A stretch of 64,000 nucleotides of DNA, taken from positions 849,118 to 913,117 of the forward strand of contig OZ244794.1 in the NCBI GenBank assembly GCA_965219915.1, in the 5' to 3' direction. Under the pieces are notes generated by a model that worked only from the letters and a program-made list of their open reading frames with translations, ran no database searches and had not been told where the DNA came from. The stretch is from Rhodothermales bacterium. Lineage in GTDB: Bacteria > Bacteroidota > Rhodothermia > Rhodothermales > Bin80. The translations under genes were made by a program, and so were the position numbers. Shown here piece by piece: positions 40,201 through 47,643 of the stretch (its first letter is position 1; every line of letters starts with the position of its first letter).

Positions 40201-40610
40201 GTAGAGATTTTGACCGCTACATGTGGTCACTGCACCTGCCGGAAGACATCTTTGATCAGATGAATGCGGTTGACGAAAATCTGTCGTATGCCGACAAACA
40301 GGGACTTCCCTACGTATGGGTCCCCGGAGACGATCGGCCTGGTGTATTCCGTCATCCTGACGTAGCCTACCAGCCAATCGAAGCATTCAAATCGCTTGAT
40401 GGCGTCAGTGAACCCAATACTGTTGCTTGGTACTGGGCAGCCGACACCGGCACGTATTCCCGCTGGAATGGATCCAGCTTTGTGGCTGTGCCGGACGGTG
40501 AAGTACAGCAGGTACTTGATGACAAAGCATACATTGATATGCCGAACCTGAGATTCAATACATTCTTGAATAATCGTCGGCTAACTTTGGGTATACGTGT
40601 AACCTTATAG
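37227..40610 (+). CDS. large TonB-dependent receptor-like outer-membrane protein (CarboxypepD_reg domain + plug + barrel)
   Basis: Signal peptide. GKIDGVVTDAATGETIPGANVVIEGT (carboxypeptidase-regulatory-like). Plug region EEMVVTSERP...VSEVLDLQAGI...RVRGGG...FVVDGM. Long beta-rich C-terminus ending in an aromatic/aliphatic-rich strand. Confidence 0.85.
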   Translation: MRLKGLLGIAVMLILTAPVVLAQQGKIDGVVTDAATGETIPGANVVIEGTTQGSSTEVDGYFFINNVRPGTYTLVVSFVGFLDQRVEGVRVSTGLTTTRNIQLREEAVGLEEMVVTSERPIVQLDVSANVASLNPEAFQDLPVAGVSEVLDLQAGIEPGLRVRGGGLNEVAFVVDGMNLRTGRSHQPFTNISYTSLEEVQVQTGGFNAEYGNVRSGIVNVTTKEPSRTRYTFDALYRYQPAQPKSLEGLGGTNLDNCDYSGPVTGDCDSWFVRPFLDPAVAWDGTGNGAWDPYTQNQYNAFEGWNALADRLLNDEGFDVTARDMQEYFKHTHRKDNEITKPDYEADVTLAGPLVPGMSSRLGDLRFSVSYRGTQTAYIYPQSRDAFKSQTFQGKLISNVAPGMKLSVQGMKGVERGINSNQGSADLRMYGGQMPSYPWWGAGAQIVDGINRRGRVILSDGAFPLANIDHTLLGATFTHTLSASTFYEVHLQNIASKYRSHFPNLRDGSYTENGVFYPVPYTNNFGRLTPAGEANRDQVTCFGGSGDLNGDGVTTPYCVGDEPFGFLGQGGNLLGGAETTGGHWVKTRDTSDVSVFTGRFDLTSQVTRVLQLKTGAELIISDYDLNYKRVNLALVGPEAEADYPLSRQPIQGAAYAQGKLEFQGMIANLGVRIDFFDANTAWWVAENPYDQAFRQRVEGLDELLPTEDPAAQIFISPRLGISFPITQESKLYFNYGHFRQMLNPFDVFGIQQSRNSGIDVMGNPEHPMPQTVAYELGFDQNLFDQYLLRVSGFYRDIRNQPRNVTYNSLGGVVNYAIKQPWNYEDVRGAEVTLTKLRGDWVRGFVNYTFLQTKGGNFGYGVFHENTFQQRNYLRTSTDYRIGAPLAEPFARANLLFLTPTSFVPSLLNGSLLGDWRVSLLGEWRAGQKWRWAGGGGAPPELQENVRWRSYVNFDLRFTKHVNTRFGGAQIFLDVSNLFNRRHLYNATGFHPDGRDFDRYMWSLHLPEDIFDQMNAVDENLSYADKQGLPYVWVPGDDRPGVFRHPDVAYQPIEAFKSLDGVSEPNTVAWYWAADTGTYSRWNGSSFVAVPDGEVQQVLDDKAYIDMPNLRFNTFLNNRRLTLGIRVTL

Positions 40611-40619
40611 CTTGAAGCA

Positions 40620-40651
40620 GGGCGCCTGTCCTGATTCCAAGGCAGGCGCCC
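40620..40651 (+). other. intercistronic GC-rich hairpin (9-bp perfect stem)
   Basis: GGGCGCCTG - 14 nt - CAGGCGCCC, starting 10 nt after the TAG at 40608-40610. It is followed by GCTGATGGTTTTCAATTTT. Confidence 0.5.
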
Positions 40652-40684
40652 GCTGATGGTTTTCAATTTTAATCGAGCAAGCTC

Positions 40685-43027
40685 ATGAAAATCAGTTACT
40701 ACATGAAAGCACTTTCGGCTGGACTGTTATTGTTCACCTTCGTGCCAATGGCTGCCACGGCTCAGTTCACTGCACAGTGGCTGGATATTGGCACATTCCA
40801 CAGCACATGGACCGAATCAGGAGCCCAGCATGAAGGTAATTCGTCTGCCGCAGATGGCATGGAATGGCCCTCCATTCTGCGTAACAGCAGTCACTTCAGG
40901 GCCAAAGCACTTTGGCTAGGTACAAAGGACTGGACAGATGCCAACGGACAATCATTCCCGTACTTCGTAGCCCGGATTGGTCCTCGGACTGCCGGCGCGG
41001 ACGTGACCTATCCGGTACAAAATGTGCTTGTTAGCAAGACAGAGGACACTGTGGTGGAAGTGGATGGAGCGCTGTCATTCGACAATGTCGCGGTTGTTGA
41101 CGAGATAGATCCAGGGCTTCCGGCCGACCGTATGGTGCATAACATCCACAATACGTATATCGGCGTTACGGTAGATCGGAGGGCATACGCCTATGTCAAT
41201 CAGGCTCACGATGACTATAACATCATTGAGTACATTTACACCAACACCGGAAACGTGGACGAAGACGAGGATATCGAACTCCCGAATCAAAACCTCAAAG
41301 AAACGTACTTCTTCCGCATCCACCGGTGGAGGGGAAATCTGCAGGGCGCCTGGACAGTCAGCGGTGGCATGGTTTGGGGCAAGTTCAGCATGATTGACGT
41401 TGTCGGAGATGGACATGCGGAGTACCCGATCACATTCACCTCACAGTACCTGTGGATCGGTATTGATCCTGAAACACAGGGAGATTATGATCGCTTTGGT
41501 GGGTCCCTATTCAACGAGGCGTGGTGGGCACCTCCGGCTGATTCGATTGGACGCTTGACCGGTGCCAGTTACATTGGTCGGGCAACAATTCACGCCGACA
41601 ACTCGCCTACGGATTCCCGTTACATTCGCTGCACCATGGCTACCATAGAGACCTGTCAGCCAGCAACCATGGGCTTTATGGACTCTGACGAAGCACTAAC
41701 AGCTGACGGTAGTTCTCACGAAGATTACTACGAATGGGGGATTCGGACGCGTGAGAATCCTGATCGTATTGATGGTGGGTCCCAGCATATGTGGCCGCAT
41801 TACGCTGACCGTATTGAGCCGAGTGGTATATTCTGGGAGCCCAAGAATGACGCTTCTACAGGTAAGCAGGGCGGTCACGCCGTCACGACAGCTTATGGCC
41901 CCTACGATTTTGCCCCAGGTGAAAGTGTTCGGCTCGTAGTCGTTGAAGGTGTGGGCGGATTGACTATTGATGCCAGTGTCAGGATTGGCAGGGCATTCAA
42001 GCTTGGTGGATTGGATCGCGATTCAGATCTCATCCGCTATGATGCAAATGGAGATGGAATGATTCAAACCGGTACTTTCGATCCTGCCATCAATCAGATG
42101 GACATGGATGGTGATGGAATGTTTGATACATTCGGCCATGGGTTGGAGGAAATGACCAAGAATCAGTGGGTTGTGAGTGCACGTGATTCGATGTTGCAAA
42201 CGCTGCAGCGGGGTATCAATCTCTATGCAGCCAGCAATAACATGAGCGCTTATCCAATTCCGGAAGCCCCTCATGCTCCCTCGACCTTCAGTGTCGTTGG
42301 GCGTCCAGACAAAGTTGAAGTCAGATGGACGAATCCGGCAGGTGGACCTGCGCGCACAAAATGGCTACTCTATCGGACCTCCCGGTATGAGGACTACATC
42401 TACGAAAGCTGCCTGAACCTTGATTCGCAGCAGTTTACGGATGGCTCAAATCCAAGAGATCCGGCAGATCCCAGCGCATCGGGTCAGCAGCACTGCGGCT
42501 ACGAAATGATCGCGTCGCTGGATGCCGGAGCAAATTCCTATGATGATACAGACCTCAACAGGGGAACGGACTACTACTACTACCTACAGGCCGTTGGTGG
42601 ACCGCAGCCCATGGATCCGGATGGTATTTCTGGAACGCCAACGGGCTCGCCACTTCGCAGTTCTCGCTCCCTCACACAGACTTATCAACCTGTTAACCTG
42701 AAACGCCCCGCGTATGGGTCGACTGGCACTGTGGAGGATGCACGTATCGTACCTAACCCGGTTAATCTCGGAGCAGATGCTACTGTAAGGTTTGATCAAG
42801 AGGACCGTGTTGCATTCTTCAATATCCCGGGTAACTGTACGATCAAGATCTATACCGAGATTGGAGAATTGGTCCACACTATCGAACATAGTGACGGTAG
42901 TGGCGACGAACTCTGGAACTTGACCACTACATCTCGTCAGTTGCTTGTGAGCGGTATCTACATTGCTGTTATTTCAGACAATGACACGGGTGACGAAGCG
43001 ATTCGAAAATTCACGGTAATCCGGTAG
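40685..43027 (+). CDS. secreted protein of unknown function with an FN3-like domain and a T9SS-type C-terminal sorting domain
   Basis: Signal peptide (LLLFTFVPMAATAQ). Paired DxNGDG / DxDGDG loops. FN3-like segment (PSTFSVVGRPDKVEVRWTNP...YYYYLQAV). C-terminal IVPNPVN...IKIYTEIGELV...SGIYIAVI...KFTVIR. Confidence 0.75.
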   Translation: MKISYYMKALSAGLLLFTFVPMAATAQFTAQWLDIGTFHSTWTESGAQHEGNSSAADGMEWPSILRNSSHFRAKALWLGTKDWTDANGQSFPYFVARIGPRTAGADVTYPVQNVLVSKTEDTVVEVDGALSFDNVAVVDEIDPGLPADRMVHNIHNTYIGVTVDRRAYAYVNQAHDDYNIIEYIYTNTGNVDEDEDIELPNQNLKETYFFRIHRWRGNLQGAWTVSGGMVWGKFSMIDVVGDGHAEYPITFTSQYLWIGIDPETQGDYDRFGGSLFNEAWWAPPADSIGRLTGASYIGRATIHADNSPTDSRYIRCTMATIETCQPATMGFMDSDEALTADGSSHEDYYEWGIRTRENPDRIDGGSQHMWPHYADRIEPSGIFWEPKNDASTGKQGGHAVTTAYGPYDFAPGESVRLVVVEGVGGLTIDASVRIGRAFKLGGLDRDSDLIRYDANGDGMIQTGTFDPAINQMDMDGDGMFDTFGHGLEEMTKNQWVVSARDSMLQTLQRGINLYAASNNMSAYPIPEAPHAPSTFSVVGRPDKVEVRWTNPAGGPARTKWLLYRTSRYEDYIYESCLNLDSQQFTDGSNPRDPADPSASGQQHCGYEMIASLDAGANSYDDTDLNRGTDYYYYLQAVGGPQPMDPDGISGTPTGSPLRSSRSLTQTYQPVNLKRPAYGSTGTVEDARIVPNPVNLGADATVRFDQEDRVAFFNIPGNCTIKIYTEIGELVHTIEHSDGSGDELWNLTTTSRQLLVSGIYIAVISDNDTGDEAIRKFTVIR

Positions 43028-43035
43028 CTGTGTTA

Positions 43036-43072
43036 GCATGGCGCTCTGACCGTACAGGGCAGAGCGCCATGC
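43036..43072 (+). other. intercistronic GC-rich hairpin (13-bp perfect stem)
   Basis: GCATGGCGCTCTG - 11 nt - CAGAGCGCCATGC, starting 9 nt after the TAG at 43025-43027. No U-run follows. Confidence 0.5.
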
Positions 43073-43102
43073 AACATGCAACCCTATAAGACAAACGATG
43101 CA

Positions 43103-44170
43103 ATGAAAAAGCACTACTTCTTTTCAATACTGACGGTCGCCGCACTCCTGCTTGGCAGTGCCTCGATTACTTATGGTCAGGCAGGCCTAACCCCGGATAC
43201 TGAGGTGGAAACTGACAAGCGCGCCCAGACCGGAATGAAATTCCTGAGCACATCAGTGGATGCCCGCGCTTCTGCTATTGGTTCAGCGCTGACTGCCGAG
43301 ATGGTCGGTACTTCAACTTCAATGTTTTACAATCCTGCGAGTATGGGCTTCATGCAAGGGCGTATGCATGCAGCGGCTACCAGCATGAGCTTTATCGCAG
43401 ATATCGGCTATACACAGGCCAGTATTGCGTTCCGCCCAGGTTCAGGGGGTAACTTTGGTGTAGTTGGTGTATCACTGGTTTCGGTGGACTATGGCGATTT
43501 CAATTATAACGTTCGCGCCAACAATGATGATGGATTTGTGCAGTTGGGAACCTATCAGCCCACGGCCATGGCAGTGGGTCTGGGGTACGCCAGATCCTTT
43601 GGTGACCGTTTCTCGGCGGGCGCCAACGTTAAGCTTGTTTTCCAGGATCTAGGTTCAGGATTTGCGACTTCCCAGGAATTTGATACCGGGGCTGTCACTA
43701 CAACAGAGGACTACAGCGCGCAGACAGTAGCATTTGATTTCGGTATTGTGTATGCTACCGGGTTTGAGAGCTTGGTTATTGGTATGAGCGCGCGTAACTT
43801 TGCCCAAGAGCAAACCTATGTGCGTGAAAGGTTTGAACTTCCGCTGACCTTCCAGATCGGAATGTCAATGAACTTGGTTGACCTTACCTCCATGGATCCA
43901 GACATGCACAGCATTCAGCTTCATGTCGATGCTCAGCGTCCCAGAGACTTTGCTGAGCATGTCCGTTTCGGCGTGGAATACACACTTATGGATATAGTAT
44001 CCATTCGAGGTGGGTTTGAGCAACTGGGCGTGAGCGAAGAGCAGGGACTGAGTGCTGGCGCAGGACTTCGGTATGCGTTCGGAAACGTTCGGGTTGGGGC
44101 AGACTACGCATACACCCAGTTTGGTGTCTTCGGCACGGTGAACCGCATTGGCCTTCAGATTGGTCTCTAA
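43103..44170 (+). CDS. PorV/PorQ-family outer-membrane beta-barrel
   Basis: Signal peptide, then GMKFLSTSVDARASAIGSALTAEMVGTSTSMFYNPASMGF, which is the N-terminal signature of PorV/PorQ-type proteins. Beta-strand periodicity runs to the C-terminus. Start placed at ATG 43103. Confidence 0.7.
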   Translation: MKKHYFFSILTVAALLLGSASITYGQAGLTPDTEVETDKRAQTGMKFLSTSVDARASAIGSALTAEMVGTSTSMFYNPASMGFMQGRMHAAATSMSFIADIGYTQASIAFRPGSGGNFGVVGVSLVSVDYGDFNYNVRANNDDGFVQLGTYQPTAMAVGLGYARSFGDRFSAGANVKLVFQDLGSGFATSQEFDTGAVTTTEDYSAQTVAFDFGIVYATGFESLVIGMSARNFAQEQTYVRERFELPLTFQIGMSMNLVDLTSMDPDMHSIQLHVDAQRPRDFAEHVRFGVEYTLMDIVSIRGGFEQLGVSEEQGLSAGAGLRYAFGNVRVGADYAYTQFGVFGTVNRIGLQIGL

Positions 44171-44214
44171 AACGAAAAACAATTCATTCCTGAGTAACTA
44201 GTATTCAGGTTAAT

Positions 44215-44254
44215 AGCGGAGAATTGGGGTTATGCTCCAATTCTCCGCTTTTTT
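44215..44254 (+). terminator. rho-independent terminator
   Basis: AGCGGAGAATTGG - ggttatgct - CCAATTCTCCGCT followed by TTTTT, 45 nt after the stop at 44170. Confidence 0.8.
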
Positions 44255-44260
44255 CTAGAG

Positions 44261-45976
44261 ATGAGATATTCGGTCGACCACGTACTCATCTGTGGAGTGG
44301 CTTGTGTGATTGCGGCATTGTCTGGATGTGAGAACGCTCCGCCCCCCGAGCTCTCCGACAAACCCATTGGTTTCACCGAGGTCACTGCCGACGCGGGCCT
44401 TGGAGCCTTCCGACATGATAACGGTGCGGATGGAAAGAAATACTACGCGGAGCAAATGGGGTCAGGCGCAGGATTCATTGACTATGACGGCGATGGCTGG
44501 CTAGACATCTTGCTTCTGGGCGGCGGGTACTGGGATCGCGCTCCGCATGCGTGGTACCAATCGTTTTGGATGTATCGCAATATGGGGGATGGCACATTTG
44601 AGGAGGTAACGGACGAGGTGGGCTTAGGGCAACTTTATGCCTTCACGCTTGGCGTGGCAACAGCTGACTTTGACAATGACGGGGACCAGGATATTCTGGT
44701 GACGAATCTCAATGAAAATATGCTCCTGGAGAACAAGGGCGGTGTGTTTGAGCACAAGAAGTCGAGTCTGAGCATTCACGATGAATGGAGTAGTTCAGCG
44801 CTTTGGATTGATACAAATCGTGATGGATGGCTGGATGTTTACGTAGGAAATTACGCAGACTGGAGCCCGACGCGCGACAAGTTCTGCCCCGAAGGGGGGG
44901 TGGTTAAGCTCTACTGCGTTCCCGCGGATTATGAGGGCATTTCCAGTAGGTACTTCGAAGCCAGTGGTGATGGCGTGTTCGTTGAGCGAACGCAGGAGGC
45001 CGGCATATACCACCCGCTGGGAAAGGCCCTTGGCGTGGCAGAGTGGGATTTCGATCGTGATGGTTGGCCCGACTTTGTTGTGGCCAATGACGGTGAAGGA
45101 GATCTTCTATTCATGAACAATCAGGACGGCACGTTTTCCGAGCGAGGCGTGCAAAGCGGAATCGCCTTCAGTGAGCACGGGGAGGCCCGTGCAGGAATGG
45201 GTATTGATATTGGGGTGATGGATGAAACCGGCGAACCATCAGTTTTTGTAGGTAACTTTTCCACGGAAATGATCGGTGTGTACCGTTATTTGGGCAACGG
45301 GCTGTTTAGCGATCGCGCGGCCAGGTCACGTATTGGTCAACCGAGCCTGAATACGCTCACCTTCGGATTAATGGTGCTCGACGTGGATCTGGATGGCGAC
45401 CTGGACTTGTTTGTTGCAAACGGGCACGTATATCCAGATCGGTTGGTAGGGCAGGATAAGATTACCTATGAGCAGCGGGCACAGTTGTTCGAGAACGTTG
45501 GCAGCGGATTCTTTGAAGAGGTCCCCCCTTCAACGACGCCACCTCTTGAGATAGAAATGGTTGCTCGAGGTGCAGCCTACGGAGATTATGACCGTGATGG
45601 TGATCTGGATATCCTGGTCGTAGAGAACGGTGGTCCGGCACGTTTATGGCGTAATGATGTGACCGGCCGAAATTGGTTGCGCGTCACCGTTACGGGAACC
45701 GAGGGGAATCGCGATGCATTCGGCACTCACGTGCGCGTGTATGCGGGAGAGCGGACACAGGAGCGTCGTATCCGTTCGGGATCCAGTTATCTCTCCCAGA
45801 ATGAGGTGGTTGCCACATTTGGCTTGATGAATATTCATTCAATTGACAGCGTTCGTGTGGATTGGGCCGCCGGGGGTTCCCTTGTACTGCAGGATGTGCC
45901 TATAAACACAGAGGTTCACGTTACTGAGGGTCAGCAGGGTTGGATCGAACGCTCTATGCCCGGGGCGGCCAACTAG
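44261..45976 (+). CDS. CRTAC1-family lipoprotein (FG-GAP/VCBS repeats + ASPIC/UnbV domain), paralog 1
   Basis: Lipobox AALSGC. DYDGDGWLDILL and DFDNDGDQDILVTN repeats. C-terminal NWLRVTVTGTEGNRDAFGTHVRVYAG...RSGSSYLSQNE. Confidence 0.85.
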   Translation: MRYSVDHVLICGVACVIAALSGCENAPPPELSDKPIGFTEVTADAGLGAFRHDNGADGKKYYAEQMGSGAGFIDYDGDGWLDILLLGGGYWDRAPHAWYQSFWMYRNMGDGTFEEVTDEVGLGQLYAFTLGVATADFDNDGDQDILVTNLNENMLLENKGGVFEHKKSSLSIHDEWSSSALWIDTNRDGWLDVYVGNYADWSPTRDKFCPEGGVVKLYCVPADYEGISSRYFEASGDGVFVERTQEAGIYHPLGKALGVAEWDFDRDGWPDFVVANDGEGDLLFMNNQDGTFSERGVQSGIAFSEHGEARAGMGIDIGVMDETGEPSVFVGNFSTEMIGVYRYLGNGLFSDRAARSRIGQPSLNTLTFGLMVLDVDLDGDLDLFVANGHVYPDRLVGQDKITYEQRAQLFENVGSGFFEEVPPSTTPPLEIEMVARGAAYGDYDRDGDLDILVVENGGPARLWRNDVTGRNWLRVTVTGTEGNRDAFGTHVRVYAGERTQERRIRSGSSYLSQNEVVATFGLMNIHSIDSVRVDWAAGGSLVLQDVPINTEVHVTEGQQGWIERSMPGAAN

Positions 45977-45978
45977 TG

Positions 45979-47643
45979 ATGCGTAACTCAGGGTGGCTTT
46001 TTTTGTGTTTGTTGTTTCTATTCGGATGCGTAACCCGGTCATCGGAGGATTCAGATGATTCGGATCACCTGTTTACTGATGTGACAGAGCAGGCAGGACT
46101 GAGCGGAGTACTGCATACGAATGGTGGCTTCGGAGATTCCTGGGCACCGGAAATAGTGGGTGCGGGTGGGGCGTTTTTTGATTATGACGGCGATGATCAG
46201 CAGGATATTCTTGTAGTAACCGGCGGTGCATTCGAGGGAGAACCCCCGCTTGGTGCACATCCAGCGTTGAGACTTTTTCGCAATATGGGAAATGGAACGT
46301 TTGATGAGGTGACGCAACCCGCTGGATTGGCGCTCTTGCGCAGCTATAGCCTGGGCGTAACGGTCGGAGACTACGACAATGATGGAGATCAGGATATCTA
46401 TGTGACAACTCTAGGTCCCGACTTGTTGTTACGTAACACTGATGGTGTATTTGAGGATGTAGGTCAGACAGCAGGTGTGGGTCTAATTAGCGAGTGGAGT
46501 ACAAGCGCGATGTTCTTTGATGCCAATCTCGATGGGCATCTAGATATCTATGTTGGAACGTACGTACATTGGACGCCCGAAGATGATATTTACTGTAGTT
46601 TTGGTGGAAGCAAAGTTTACTGTACTCCCGAACTCTATGAGGGTATTGCGAGTCGCTACTATGAAAACCAGGGTGATGGTACGTTTACAGAAGCTACGGA
46701 AAGAGCTGGTTTCCTGGCGGGTGTGGATGCAATCCGGGACAAAACACTGGGAGTAGCAGAGATAGATGCGAACGGTGATGGGTGGCCTGACGTGGTTGTG
46801 GCTAATGATACAGAACGGGATATGCTCTTTATCAATCAGGGCAATGGTTCGTTCATTGAACGCGGCATCACGAGTGGAATAGCCTATGATCAGCACGGCA
46901 AACCCAGGGCCGGTATGGGCGTAGATGTTGGCGTCGTAGATGATTCTGGGGAGCCCTCCATATTCGTCGGAAATTTTTCGGATGAGATGGTTGGTGTATA
47001 CCAGCACATGGGAGGCGGCATTTTCAGGGATCGGGCATCGGCCTCACGTATCGGGCAACCTAGCTTCAAGACATTAACTTTTGGTTTAGTGCTTTTTGAC
47101 GTAGACCTGGATGCAGATTTGGATCTGTTGATTGCGAATGGACATGTGCAGACGCACATTGCACAGATTGTGGACGGTGTTACTTTTCGTCAGCGACCTC
47201 AGTTGTTCCTGAACGATGGGACAGGGATATTTGCCGAGATGCCACCAGCCGGTTTATTAGCTGAATCCTTTGTAGGGCGTGGGCTTGCCACTGGGGACTA
47301 TGATCGGGATGGGGATTTAGACGTGCTGATGGTAGAAAACAATGGTCCGATACACCTCTGGCGTAATGAATCACAGGGGCGATCATGGCTTCGGATTGAA
47401 CTCATAGGTACGGAAAGCAACCGAAATGCATATGGCGCTCAGCTCCACCTCTGGACCAATGGCCAGATGCAGGTTCGGCGCATACGCGCGGGATCAAGCT
47501 ATCTCTCTCATTCGGAAACAGCAGCTTTCTTTGGATTTGATGGCACTCCGGACAGTTTGCACATACGGTGGCCAAGCGGCAAAGAATCTCGGAATCATGA
47601 ATTGGGGATAAATTCCAGACTACTAATTGTAGAAGATGAGTAG
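45979..47643 (+). CDS. CRTAC1-family lipoprotein, paralog 2
   Basis: Lipobox LFLFGC. Same repeat and ASPIC/UnbV layout (SWLRIELIGTESNRNAYGAQLHLW...RAGSSYLSHSE). ATG is 2 nt after the previous stop. Confidence 0.85.
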   Translation: MRNSGWLFLCLLFLFGCVTRSSEDSDDSDHLFTDVTEQAGLSGVLHTNGGFGDSWAPEIVGAGGAFFDYDGDDQQDILVVTGGAFEGEPPLGAHPALRLFRNMGNGTFDEVTQPAGLALLRSYSLGVTVGDYDNDGDQDIYVTTLGPDLLLRNTDGVFEDVGQTAGVGLISEWSTSAMFFDANLDGHLDIYVGTYVHWTPEDDIYCSFGGSKVYCTPELYEGIASRYYENQGDGTFTEATERAGFLAGVDAIRDKTLGVAEIDANGDGWPDVVVANDTERDMLFINQGNGSFIERGITSGIAYDQHGKPRAGMGVDVGVVDDSGEPSIFVGNFSDEMVGVYQHMGGGIFRDRASASRIGQPSFKTLTFGLVLFDVDLDADLDLLIANGHVQTHIAQIVDGVTFRQRPQLFLNDGTGIFAEMPPAGLLAESFVGRGLATGDYDRDGDLDVLMVENNGPIHLWRNESQGRSWLRIELIGTESNRNAYGAQLHLWTNGQMQVRRIRAGSSYLSHSETAAFFGFDGTPDSLHIRWPSGKESRNHELGINSRLLIVEDE

